DNA of 24,000 bases from the NCBI GenBank assembly GCA_015520425.1, contig WAQC01000142.1, positions 1 to 24,000 on the forward strand, read 5' to 3'. Source of the DNA: Candidatus Pelearchaeum sp. Its GTDB lineage: Archaea > Thermoproteota > Nitrososphaeria_A > Caldarchaeales > Caldarchaeaceae. Below the pieces are notes generated by a model that was not told the DNA's origin, ran no database searches, and saw nothing but the letters and a program-made list of their open reading frames with translations. Shown in pieces: positions 7,718 through 15,894 of the stretch (its first letter is position 1; every line of letters starts with the position of its first letter). The translations under genes were made by a program, and so were the position numbers.

Positions 7718-8653
7718 TTGCCGCACTTGAGTAATGAGATAGTCGTGGTCGGGAGCTATAACACTGGCTTCCTAATCCACGTTGATAGACTCCCAACACG
7801 GGGCGAGACGCTGCCTGGTAGGGGGTTTAGGATGGAGCATGGAGGCAAGGGCTCTAACCAGGCTATACAGGCTGCGCGTCTCGGGTGTAGGACAGCCATG
7901 ATAGCCGCGGTAGGTGATGACATATTCGGAGAACGCGCTATCAAGAAGTGGCGCAACGAAGGAGTGGAGACAGCCTACGTCAAACGCTGCAAAACACCAA
8001 CAGGGGCTGGGCTAATAATCGTAGGCCCAGGAGGGGAAAACATGATAGCCGTAGACCTAGGAGCAAACCTTGAGCTAACACCAAGCGATGTTGATGAGGC
8101 TTTGCAGCGATTGAGCGGTGTAAAAATTGTGCTTACGCAGTTGGAGATACCTTTGGAAACGGCCCTACACGCTCTAGCTCTAGCACAGCGTAATGGGGCC
8201 ATGACTATACTTAACCCAGCCCCCGCAGCCCGTATAACGCCAGCCATGCTAAGGGGCGTCAGCATAATAACGCCTAATGAGGTTGAGGCCAAGATAATGG
8301 CTGGCCTAGGCCCAGATGAGCAGGTAGACTTGGCCGAGCTTGCTAGGACGTATTGCGATGCGGTGGAGCATGTGGTCATAACGCTTGGGGAGCGTGGAGC
8401 GCTCATAGTGGATAGTAAGGGTGAGCGGATAGTTAAGCCGCCGCGGGTAGATGCGGTGGACGCCACAGGGGCTGGCGACGCATTTAACGGAGCGCTGGCA
8501 GCGGCACTAGCGCGGGGCATGGATATTGATACTGCCGTTGAATACGCCTGCGCAGCAGGGGCTTTCCTAGCAGCGCGAATTAAGCGCGGCGAGCTTGTAG
8601 AAGCCCTAGCCACACGCGAGGAGCTAGAAAGATTCAAAAAACAACAACAATAG
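7718..8653 (+). CDS. rbsK: Ribokinase (PfkB family)
   Basis: GGKGSNQAIQAARLG, NPAPA and DATGAGDAFNGALAAAL. The start is TTG at 7718 or 7727, and GAGGAGGG lies immediately upstream. Confidence 0.85.
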   Translation: MPHLSNEIVVVGSYNTGFLIHVDRLPTRGETLPGRGFRMEHGGKGSNQAIQAARLGCRTAMIAAVGDDIFGERAIKKWRNEGVETAYVKRCKTPTGAGLIIVGPGGENMIAVDLGANLELTPSDVDEALQRLSGVKIVLTQLEIPLETALHALALAQRNGAMTILNPAPAARITPAMLRGVSIITPNEVEAKIMAGLGPDEQVDLAELARTYCDAVEHVVITLGERGALIVDSKGERIVKPPRVDAVDATGAGDAFNGALAAALARGMDIDTAVEYACAAGAFLAARIKRGELVEALATREELERFKKQQQ

Positions 8654-8662
8654 CTACCTGCT

Positions 8663-9496
8663 ATGTCGGCGAGAGAGCCGCGTAGCGGCGAGGAGTTTTA
8701 TCATGTGAGAGTCAGGCCTGGAGAGGTTGCGGAATACGTCCTAATACCAGGAGACCCTGAGAGAGTGCCTAAGATAGCCAAGTTCTGGGATGAGGCGCGC
8801 GAGGTCTCGTTTCATAGGGAGTTTAAGCTCTGGAATGGCCGTGTAGGCAGGGCTTCCATATCTGCGTGCTCAACAGGCATAGGCGCGCCATCAACAGCCA
8901 TAGCTATAGAAGAACTAGCCCGCGCAGGTGCGAATACCTTCATAAGGGTTGGAAGCTCAGGCGCAATACAACCAGGAATAAAGATAGGCGAGCTGATAAT
9001 ATCCAAGGCCGCTGTAAGGCTTGAGGGAACCAGCAGACAGTATGTTGTTGAGGGCTATCCAGCGTATGCAGACCTTGAAGTAACCCTAGCCCTAGTGGAA
9101 GCCGCCGAGACGCTGGGGCTACGCTACCACCTGGGAATAACCGCATCCACAGACAGCTTCTACACAGGCCAGGGCAGGCCAGGCTTCAAAAACTATTCCT
9201 GGAGCTACTCAGAGACGCTCCTAAAAGATATGCAGGCCATGGGTGTCGCGAATTTTGAGATGGAGGCATCGGCAATATTCACACTCGCCTCAATTTACGG
9301 ACTTAGGGCTGGCGCGGTATGTACGGTCTTCGCCAATAGGGTTGAAGATACCTTCGGCGTCGCTGGTGAGGAGGACGCTGCCCGCGTCGCTGTGGAGGCT
9401 GTAAAAATACTCCATGAATGGGATGAACTCAAGAAGAGCGCTGGGAAACGCTACATCTACCCATCACTACTAAAGCGGTGGATGCAAACCAAGTGA
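8663..9496 (+). CDS. udp: Uridine phosphorylase (PNP/UDP family)
   Basis: GDPERV, STGIGAPSTAIAIEEL, RVGSSGA, FYTGQGR (a Q/R pair typical of uridine-specific enzymes) and FEMEASAIF. Confidence 0.8.
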   Translation: MSAREPRSGEEFYHVRVRPGEVAEYVLIPGDPERVPKIAKFWDEAREVSFHREFKLWNGRVGRASISACSTGIGAPSTAIAIEELARAGANTFIRVGSSGAIQPGIKIGELIISKAAVRLEGTSRQYVVEGYPAYADLEVTLALVEAAETLGLRYHLGITASTDSFYTGQGRPGFKNYSWSYSETLLKDMQAMGVANFEMEASAIFTLASIYGLRAGAVCTVFANRVEDTFGVAGEEDAARVAVEAVKILHEWDELKKSAGKRYIYPSLLKRWMQTK

Positions 9497-9500
9497 TAGA

Positions 9501-10304
9501 CTACCTAATCTTCCTAACGAGGCGCATAACCTCCCTAACACGCCTGACATCAACAGGATTCGCCAATACCCCACCCATCTTAAAGTATGTTCCGACTATA
9601 GCGCCGTCGGCCACAGATAAGAGTCTCTCAACGTTATCTGGAGTTATCCCACTTCCAACCAACACTGGCCGCGAGGCAGCCGACTTAACCTGCTGAAGCC
9701 TCTCAAGCGGTGTCTCAGCTCCAGTGCGCTCGCCAGATACTATGATAGCGTCAGCCCCCAGCTCCTCAAGCCGCGAAACCTGGGTAGCGAGAGGAATGTC
9801 TGAGGTAATAAAATGACTCCCATGCTTAACCAAAACGTCAGCAAACACACTTACGGGCGTGTCTATCCCTCTTAGACGCTCCGCGCGAGGAGCGGCCGCT
9901 TCCACAAATCCTTCATCAGCGATATACGCATAGGCCCACATATTCGCACGCACCCAACTAGCACCGCATGCCTTCGCTGCGGCTATTGATTCCTCCACAC
10001 CATTGGCTAATATGAACACACCAGTGGGCAAGCCTGTTGTGCGCCTTACCTCGCGGGCAACAGCCGCGACTAGAGCTATGGCCTCGTGGCCAATCTCGCC
10101 AGGCTTAAGGAAAGGGCTATCGCCCATATTCTCAACCTGAACACCATCCACACCACCTTCCTTCAGCGCTTCAGCATCTCTTAGAGCGGTCTCAAACAAA
10201 TCATAAGCCCCTTCCTCAAATCTTGGAGAGCCAGGTAATGGCTTTAAATGAACCATACCAATAATAGGCTTGACAACGCCGAATATCTCTTCAAGAACAT
10301 TCAT
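9501..10304 (-). CDS. BtpA/SgcQ-family TIM-barrel protein, paralog 2
   Basis: IIGMVHLKPLPGSPRF, VLVGSGITPDN and ADGAIVGTY. By eye, about half or more of positions are identical to the protein of 3665..4504. It is convergent with udp and divergent from the transporter operon. Confidence 0.85.
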   Translation of the reverse strand: MNVLEEIFGVVKPIIGMVHLKPLPGSPRFEEGAYDLFETALRDAEALKEGGVDGVQVENMGDSPFLKPGEIGHEAIALVAAVAREVRRTTGLPTGVFILANGVEESIAAAKACGASWVRANMWAYAYIADEGFVEAAAPRAERLRGIDTPVSVFADVLVKHGSHFITSDIPLATQVSRLEELGADAIIVSGERTGAETPLERLQQVKSAASRPVLVGSGITPDNVERLLSVADGAIVGTYFKMGGVLANPVDVRRVREVMRLVRKIR

Positions 10305-10333
10305 CTACCGTGTTGTACTGGCTTGTAGGCATG

Positions 10334-10350
10334 TATATAGCTTTAATATA
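10334..10350. promoter_or_regulatory. Back-to-back TATA boxes in the 71-bp divergent intergenic region
   Basis: tatata (10334-10339) lies 30-35 nt from the minus-strand ATG at 10304. ctttaatata (10341-10350) lies 26-35 nt from the plus-strand ATG at 10376. An imperfect inverted repeat flanks them (gcttgtaggc ... gcctatacaacgc). Confidence 0.5.
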
Positions 10351-10375
10351 CGCTCAGCCTATACAACGCTGGGAA

Positions 10376-11911
10376 ATGAGTAGCCCAACCACGCGTGGCG
10401 AGGTTCTCGTTGAGGCGCGGAGAGTTGTTAAAGCTTTCCCAGGAGTATGGGAGCATTTGATACTTGACCATATTGACTTTGATGTCAGGGCTGGCGAGGT
10501 TCATGCCCTGCTCGGCGAGAACGGCGCTGGGAAGACCGTGCTAGCAAACATACTCTCAGGCTTCTACACACTATCAGAAGGTGAGATAAGAGTCAGGGGA
10601 AGGCCAGTCAAAATAAAATCACCGCTTGACGCCATAAGATATGGTATTGGAATGGTTCATCAAGAATTCACGCTCGTCCCATCTCTTACGGTAGCGGAAA
10701 ACATAGCCCTATCAATAAGGAGGCGTAACATCTTTTCATATCCAGTAAGAGAGGTAGCAACAAAAGTACGCGAGCTGTCCAAGAGGTATGGATTACGCGT
10801 AGACCCTGACATGCTCATAAGCCACATGTCTCTGGGCGAGCAGCAGCGTGTTGAGATACTGAAGGTGCTTTTCTGGGAGCCTAATGTTCTCATACTTGAT
10901 GAGCCTACGTCAGTCTTAACGCTTGAGGAGGCTAATGAGCTGTTTAAGATTCTACGCCGTATGGCGGATGAGGGTAAGGGGGTAGTCTTCATAACGCATC
11001 GCATAGAGGAGATAATGCGCGTGGCCGATAGGGTTACTGTGCTCAGGCTGGGTAAGAAGGTTGGAACGTTAAACGTTGCTGAAGCGTCGCGCGAGCAGCT
11101 TCTGCGCATGATGATAGGCGAGTTTGAGCCGTTTAGAGCTGAGAGAAAACCGCCAAGAATAGGTGAGCCTGTCCTAGAGATTAGAGATTTGCACGTCTGT
11201 GGTGATGATGGTCGGGAAGCTGTCCGCGGCGTTAGCTTCACCACACATGCTGGAGAGATATTCGGTATTGCTGGAGTTGCTGGTAATGGCCAGCGCGAGC
11301 TTGTGGAAGCGATAACTGGCCTGCGTAAAGCTGTGCGCGGCAGAATAATCATCCTAGGACAAGACGCTACCAATAAATCGCCACGCGAGGTCGCGGAGAT
11401 GGGCGTAAGACACATACCAGAAGAACGCCGCCGCGTGGGTGTGGCAGAAGCCATGTGCGTAGCTGAGAATATGATGCTCCGCGACTATAATATCGCTCCA
11501 TTCTCTAAGAAAGGAGTGCTGGACTTGAGACTGATAGGAGAGCATTCCAAGGCTCTTATTGAGAGGTTCAAGATACTCGCTCCTGACATCTGGAATACTG
11601 AAGTAAGGATACTCTCAGGAGGAAATATACAGCGCCTAATATTGGCGCGGGAGCTATGGCGCGCACCCAAGCTTGTAATCGCCTTCCACCCCACGTATGG
11701 CCTTGACCTAAAAGCTGTAAGCCATACCCACGACCTATTTATGCAACTCCGCGATAAAGGCTCATCAATACTCCTAGTCTCTGAAGACCTAGAGGAGATA
11801 CTAACACTAAGCGACCGCATAGGTGTGATGTATGATGGTCGTCTGGTGGGTGTGGTGGAGTCGGAGAAGGCTACTACAGAGGTTATCGGTAAGATGATGA
11901 CTGGTATGTAG
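10376..11911 (+). CDS. Two-domain ABC ATPase of a BMP/nucleoside (CUT2-type) importer
   Basis: NBD1 has GENGAGKT, LSLGEQQRVEI and ILILDEPT. NBD2 is degenerate (GVAGNGQ, LSGGNIQRLILAREL, AFHPTYGLDL), as in RbsA/NupA-like fused ATPases. The ATG at 10376 is preferred over the GTG at 10310. Confidence 0.85.
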   Translation: MSSPTTRGEVLVEARRVVKAFPGVWEHLILDHIDFDVRAGEVHALLGENGAGKTVLANILSGFYTLSEGEIRVRGRPVKIKSPLDAIRYGIGMVHQEFTLVPSLTVAENIALSIRRRNIFSYPVREVATKVRELSKRYGLRVDPDMLISHMSLGEQQRVEILKVLFWEPNVLILDEPTSVLTLEEANELFKILRRMADEGKGVVFITHRIEEIMRVADRVTVLRLGKKVGTLNVAEASREQLLRMMIGEFEPFRAERKPPRIGEPVLEIRDLHVCGDDGREAVRGVSFTTHAGEIFGIAGVAGNGQRELVEAITGLRKAVRGRIIILGQDATNKSPREVAEMGVRHIPEERRRVGVAEAMCVAENMMLRDYNIAPFSKKGVLDLRLIGEHSKALIERFKILAPDIWNTEVRILSGGNIQRLILARELWRAPKLVIAFHPTYGLDLKAVSHTHDLFMQLRDKGSSILLVSEDLEEILTLSDRIGVMYDGRLVGVVESEKATTEVIGKMMTGM

Positions 11912-11937
11912 GCTGTTTCATGAAAATTTCTACAAAG

Positions 11938-11947
11938 ATTTATATAA
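11938..11947 (+). promoter_or_regulatory. TATA box for the binding-protein gene
   Basis: The element atttatataa is centred about 29 nt upstream of the ATG at 11972. Confidence 0.5.
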
Positions 11948-11971
11948 CTTGGCTTAAGTGGCCAGCGCGCT

Positions 11972-13495
11972 ATGAACAGGAAGAGCGCATTAACCAGGCT
12001 AGAAGCAATTCTAGCTGTGCTTTTCGTCGTTGCGCTAATAGCGGCAGGTGTGGGCTGGACTATGCCAAGAGCGGCAGAGACGCTAACCGAGACAATCACA
12101 AAAACAGTAGGCGGAGAGACGGTAACCGTAACAGTTGGCGCTGGTGAGACTGTAACAAAGACAGAGACCATAGTCAAGACAAGCACGGTAACCGTTGAGA
12201 AGCCTGCTATGGGTGTTGTTAAGATAGCTGTGGTCTCCGACATAGGAGGCAGGGGAGACCTATCATTCAACGACATGGCCTTCAAGGGCGGCGACGAAGC
12301 CGTAAGGGACTTTGGTGTTGAGATGATTGAGCTAATCAGTAAAACCGAAGCAGACTACGTACCAAACCTAGAGACCGCAGCCCGCGATCCCGATGTTAAG
12401 CTCATAGTTGGTGTCGGATTCTTATTAAGCGAAGCTCTAGTAGAGGTTGCGCGTAAGTACCCTGATAAGAACTTCGCTGGAATTGACACGTTTAGCCAGG
12501 CTATCGTGAAGGATAAGTATCCTGACGAGTATCCACTACCCAACCTACTGGACATAAAATACGAGGAGCATAAGGGAAGTGCTCTAGTCGGAGCGCTTGG
12601 CTGCCTCCTCGCGGCATACTATAATGAGCAGGGGGCAAACTACAAGTATATAGGCGGTGTATTCGGGATAGAGATACCTGTTCTATGGAAGTTTGAAATC
12701 GGCTACAAGTGGGGATGCGACTGGGCTCTCAAGTGGTATGAGGACAGGTTTGGTAAGCGCGCCCCCATCATAGGCGAGGATAGTATCTACGGCTCAGGAG
12801 AGGGCTGGCAAGATGGGCTATACTGCCCCGAAGCAGGGCAGTGCTGGTATAAGGGCAGGGTCCTATGGACCTACACGGGGACATTCAGCGACATAACAAA
12901 AGGCTACGAGGCTGCCAAGCCTATGTTTGAGCAGGGGGCAGTGGCTGTCTATAACATCGCTGGGCCTCTTGGGCTTGGGATAAACCAAGCGGTTCAGGAG
13001 CTGGCAGAGGAGCGGGGGCTTGAGATGGGCCCACCGTTCTGGATAGGCGTTGACGCCAACCAAGACTGGATAAACCCAGGATTCATCATAGCCAGCATGA
13101 TGAAGCGCGTTGATAGGGGCGTGTATTATGCCACCATGCTTACGCTGATAGGCAAGTTCCGCGACGTAGTGAGGGAGAATGAAGGCGTCCTAACGCTGGG
13201 TATAGGAACTAAGATAGGCGGCCTAACGATGGAGGGAATATCGGTAAGCACACTCGCGGACCTAGACGAGTTCATAGAGATGGGAGTAAGGGCCGAGGAG
13301 CTGACGGGCAAGAAAGTACTACCTATGCCGCCTGAGGAGATAAAGGCGAAGGTCAAGCAGATGCGCGACTCCATAGCGCCGTGGATTTGGGAGGCCGTGG
13401 CTGAGCTGGAGTCAAAGATACGAAACGGCCAGGTTGAAGTACCGCTAGTCGTGACAGAGGACGCTATAGCTAAGTGGAGAGAGCTTCTCGGCTAA
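11972..13495 (+). CDS. BMP-family (PnrA/Med-like) nucleoside-binding protein with N-terminal TM anchor and Thr/Val-rich linker
   Basis: N-terminal TM segment (LEAILAVLFVVALIAAGVGW), linker TETITKTVGGETVTVTVGAGETVTKTETIVKTSTVTVEKP, then the BMP core KIAVVSDIGGRGDLSFNDMAFKG. Confidence 0.8.
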   Translation: MNRKSALTRLEAILAVLFVVALIAAGVGWTMPRAAETLTETITKTVGGETVTVTVGAGETVTKTETIVKTSTVTVEKPAMGVVKIAVVSDIGGRGDLSFNDMAFKGGDEAVRDFGVEMIELISKTEADYVPNLETAARDPDVKLIVGVGFLLSEALVEVARKYPDKNFAGIDTFSQAIVKDKYPDEYPLPNLLDIKYEEHKGSALVGALGCLLAAYYNEQGANYKYIGGVFGIEIPVLWKFEIGYKWGCDWALKWYEDRFGKRAPIIGEDSIYGSGEGWQDGLYCPEAGQCWYKGRVLWTYTGTFSDITKGYEAAKPMFEQGAVAVYNIAGPLGLGINQAVQELAEERGLEMGPPFWIGVDANQDWINPGFIIASMMKRVDRGVYYATMLTLIGKFRDVVRENEGVLTLGIGTKIGGLTMEGISVSTLADLDEFIEMGVRAEELTGKKVLPMPPEEIKAKVKQMRDSIAPWIWEAVAELESKIRNGQVEVPLVVTEDAIAKWRELLG

Positions 13496-13511
13496 AATAC
13501 CCAAACGCACA

Positions 13512-13524
13512 TATTTTTATTTTC
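13512..13524 (+). terminator. T-rich tract after the binding-protein gene (possible partial terminator)
   Basis: The tract tatttttatttt lies 17 nt after the stop at 13495. Oligo-T runs act as archaeal termination signals. It could alternatively be a TATA element for the permease genes. Confidence 0.3.
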
Positions 13525-13560
13525 TACCTAGTTATGCCCCAGCGTGGATGAGCGTGTGAT

Positions 13561-14649
13561 ATGGATTCATCCAGAAAGCTTGGTAGGCTTGGCATCTCGT
13601 CTTCTGTTATCAGGAAGTTTGGAAAGGCTATAGCTGAGTCCCTCTTCGCCGTGCTGATAGGGCTTCTGGGCGGCGCTCTCCTAATGTTAGCATACGGGTA
13701 TGATGCTCTCAGAGCCTATCGCGCCCTGTTCCTCGGCTCCTTCGGCGACCTAAACGGATTCCTAGAGACACTCGCATTTGCGACGCCTCTCATACTGACT
13801 GCCCTCACATTCGGAATAGGCGTCAGGGCTGGCCTATTCAACATAGGCGCGGAGGGGCAGATGTACCTAGGAGCAATCGGCGCAGTAATGATAGGCGGAG
13901 CCCTAAGCCTCCCCCCTGGAATACACCTAGCGGCCGCAACACTCTTCGCCATGCTTCTAGGAGCTCTCTGGAGCATCCCAGTAGCTCTCCTGAAAATATT
14001 CCGCGGGGTCCATGAGGTAGTATCCACCATAATGCTCAACTGGGTATCATTCTGGCTGGCGATGTACTTAATCACATACCACCTAGCGGAGCCTGGCCGC
14101 GCTGAGCGCGCAATACCAGCACAGGAGACGGCTAGGTATATGGTGATAGGCGCCTCCCTAACAACGGTCTTCATAGTAGCCATAGGATTCGCGTTATTGA
14201 CGTACTTCATACTTTGGAGAACAACCATTGGCTATGAGCTGCGCTTAGTGGGCTATAATCCAGATACAGCGCGCTATGCTGGGATTAGCATAATGAAAGC
14301 TACTGTGATAAGCTTCTTCATAGGAGGGTTGGCCGCGGGGCTTGCAGGAGCTACGCAGGTTCTCGGAAGACCCCCTTCATGGACGGTCTACGCAACTATG
14401 GGAAACCTCGTAAACCTAGGGTTTGAGGGGATAGGGGTCTCGCTAATAGGCAGGAACCATCCAATAGGAATAATCTTGGCAGCAATATTCTATGGCGGGT
14501 TCCTACACGGTGGGCGATTCATGGAGTTTGAGGTAGGTGTTGCGTCGGAGCTCGTGAGAGCCATAAACGGAATAATAATTATAGCCCTTGCAATGCCTGA
14601 GCTTCTTAACATTTTAAAGCGAGTTAGGCGTAGGAGGCGGCCTACATGA
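13561..14649 (+). CDS. ABC transporter permease (BMP/ribose-type)
   Basis: Multi-TM protein with the characteristic GLFNIGAEGQMYLGA segment. The stop overlaps the next ATG (ATGA). Confidence 0.85.
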   Translation: MDSSRKLGRLGISSSVIRKFGKAIAESLFAVLIGLLGGALLMLAYGYDALRAYRALFLGSFGDLNGFLETLAFATPLILTALTFGIGVRAGLFNIGAEGQMYLGAIGAVMIGGALSLPPGIHLAAATLFAMLLGALWSIPVALLKIFRGVHEVVSTIMLNWVSFWLAMYLITYHLAEPGRAERAIPAQETARYMVIGASLTTVFIVAIGFALLTYFILWRTTIGYELRLVGYNPDTARYAGISIMKATVISFFIGGLAAGLAGATQVLGRPPSWTVYATMGNLVNLGFEGIGVSLIGRNHPIGIILAAIFYGGFLHGGRFMEFEVGVASELVRAINGIIIIALAMPELLNILKRVRRRRRPT

Positions 14650-15647
14650 AGCTCGGCGCATTGGCACATAGGCTCATCTGGACTGCTGTGGGCCTAGGGC
14701 TCCTAGCGCTGGTAAGCTATGAGCTATCGCAAGCTGGGATTAGGCCCATCAAGCTACTGGAGACAGCCCTACTGCCCATGACGCCCCTAGTCCTAGCGGC
14801 GGTAGGTGAATGCGTCAACGAGAGGGCAGGAGTAATCAACATAGGTATAGAGGGAATATTCCTTATAACAGCGGTACTAGGCGTGTTCTGGGCTGAGGTT
14901 CTCGGCTCAGGACTATTGGGAATATTGATGGGCGGTTTATTCGGAGCCATAATAGGCGGCATCCTAGGCGTGATTAGCACGTACGGCCGCGCAGATCAGA
15001 TAATCGCTGGCATGGGACTAAATGTGATGAGCCTCGGCCTAGTCCAATACCTGCTGATGGCCATATGGGCCTTCCCAGGCATTCACGTATTCCCCCGCGA
15101 GCTGGTGCTACCCCGAATAGCTCTACCAACGCCAATAGGGGTTCTCAGAATAAGCCCCATGACAATCGCTGCAATAATAATAACACTCCTCACCGCACTA
15201 CTCCTCTATAAAACACTTCTCGGCCTCCGCATACGGGCCGCGGGAGACAAACCAGAAGCCGTTGACGTTGCTGGAATCAACGTGAACCGGGTACGCATCT
15301 TCGCCAGCGTATTTGCAGGCTTCCTAGCAGGCCTCGGAGGAGCCTTCATGCCCTTAGCATGGTTTGGCGGGCTTGTTAAAGAAGTATCAGCAGGCAGGGG
15401 ATTCATAGCGCTAGCAGCAGTAGTCTTCGCAGGGCTGAACCCAATACTAGCCCTAGCAGCATCATTCATCTTCGGCTTCGCTGAAGGTCTTGCATTCGCG
15501 ATAGCAGTAACACCAGGCGTAAAAGAAGTCATACCATTCCACTTCGTACAAATGACACCATACCTAGTTACCGTAATAATCCTAGCAATATTCGTAACCT
15601 CACGTAGATTCCCACGAGCACTCGGCAAACCATACATCAGAGAATAA
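14646..15647 (+). CDS. ABC transporter permease (BMP/ribose-type), second subunit
   Basis: Multi-TM protein with GVINIGIEGIFL, translationally coupled to the previous permease. Confidence 0.85.
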   Translation: MKLGALAHRLIWTAVGLGLLALVSYELSQAGIRPIKLLETALLPMTPLVLAAVGECVNERAGVINIGIEGIFLITAVLGVFWAEVLGSGLLGILMGGLFGAIIGGILGVISTYGRADQIIAGMGLNVMSLGLVQYLLMAIWAFPGIHVFPRELVLPRIALPTPIGVLRISPMTIAAIIITLLTALLLYKTLLGLRIRAAGDKPEAVDVAGINVNRVRIFASVFAGFLAGLGGAFMPLAWFGGLVKEVSAGRGFIALAAVVFAGLNPILALAASFIFGFAEGLAFAIAVTPGVKEVIPFHFVQMTPYLVTVIILAIFVTSRRFPRALGKPYIRE

Positions 15648-15668
15648 CCACGTTCATCTTGGGAGAAG

Positions 15669-15790
15669 TGCTCGCCGGCACGCGGTCTTCGCGAGGGGTC
15701 TCCCACCTCACTAAAAACCGCGCGGGCAGGGGCTTAGCTTCCAGGTTCGGATGGGTCTGGGCGTTTCCCCCCGCCCTATGACCGGCGAGC
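15669..15790 (-). rRNA. 5S ribosomal RNA, not linked to 16S/23S
   Basis: The minus strand reads GCTCGCCGGTCATAGGGCGG...CCGAACCTGGAAGCTAAGCC...TGCCGGCGAGCA. There is a 10-bp terminal helix plus the conserved CCGAAC..GAAG(Y)TAAGC core, total about 122 nt. The ORFs called here are spurious. Confidence 0.9.
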
Positions 15791-15810
15791 ATAATGCTCT
15801 TGTCTTCGCG

Positions 15811-15820
15811 TAAATTTATA
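15811..15820 (-). promoter_or_regulatory. TATA box for the 5S rRNA gene
   Basis: The minus strand reads tataaattta, 21-30 nt upstream of the mature 5' end at 15790. Confidence 0.55.
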
Positions 15821-15894
15821 CTGTTTGCCACGCTCTCCTAATATACGCTGCGTAAGGTTTTTCCCTGACTTGGAGGACTTGAATAAGGGGCGAG

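Noticed and set aside
5500-10375. A shared TACGCTC heptamer in the two divergent promoter regions (near 5556 and 10347) as a regulator site.
   Set aside because: A single 7-mer shared between two regions of about 100 bp is close to chance expectation, and it has no dyad symmetry.
11920-12147. A 75-aa plus-strand ORF overlapping the start of the binding-protein gene.
   Set aside because: It is in a different frame from a well-supported BMP-family gene, its sequence is basic and low-complexity, and the TATA box is positioned for the ATG at 11972.
12090-12200. An apparent tandem repetition (gagacngtaac.. / ETVT units) as a DNA repeat element.
   Set aside because: It is short, imperfect and in-frame within the binding-protein gene. 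It encodes a Thr/Val-rich tether typical of archaeal surface-anchored binding proteins rather than a structural DNA repeat.
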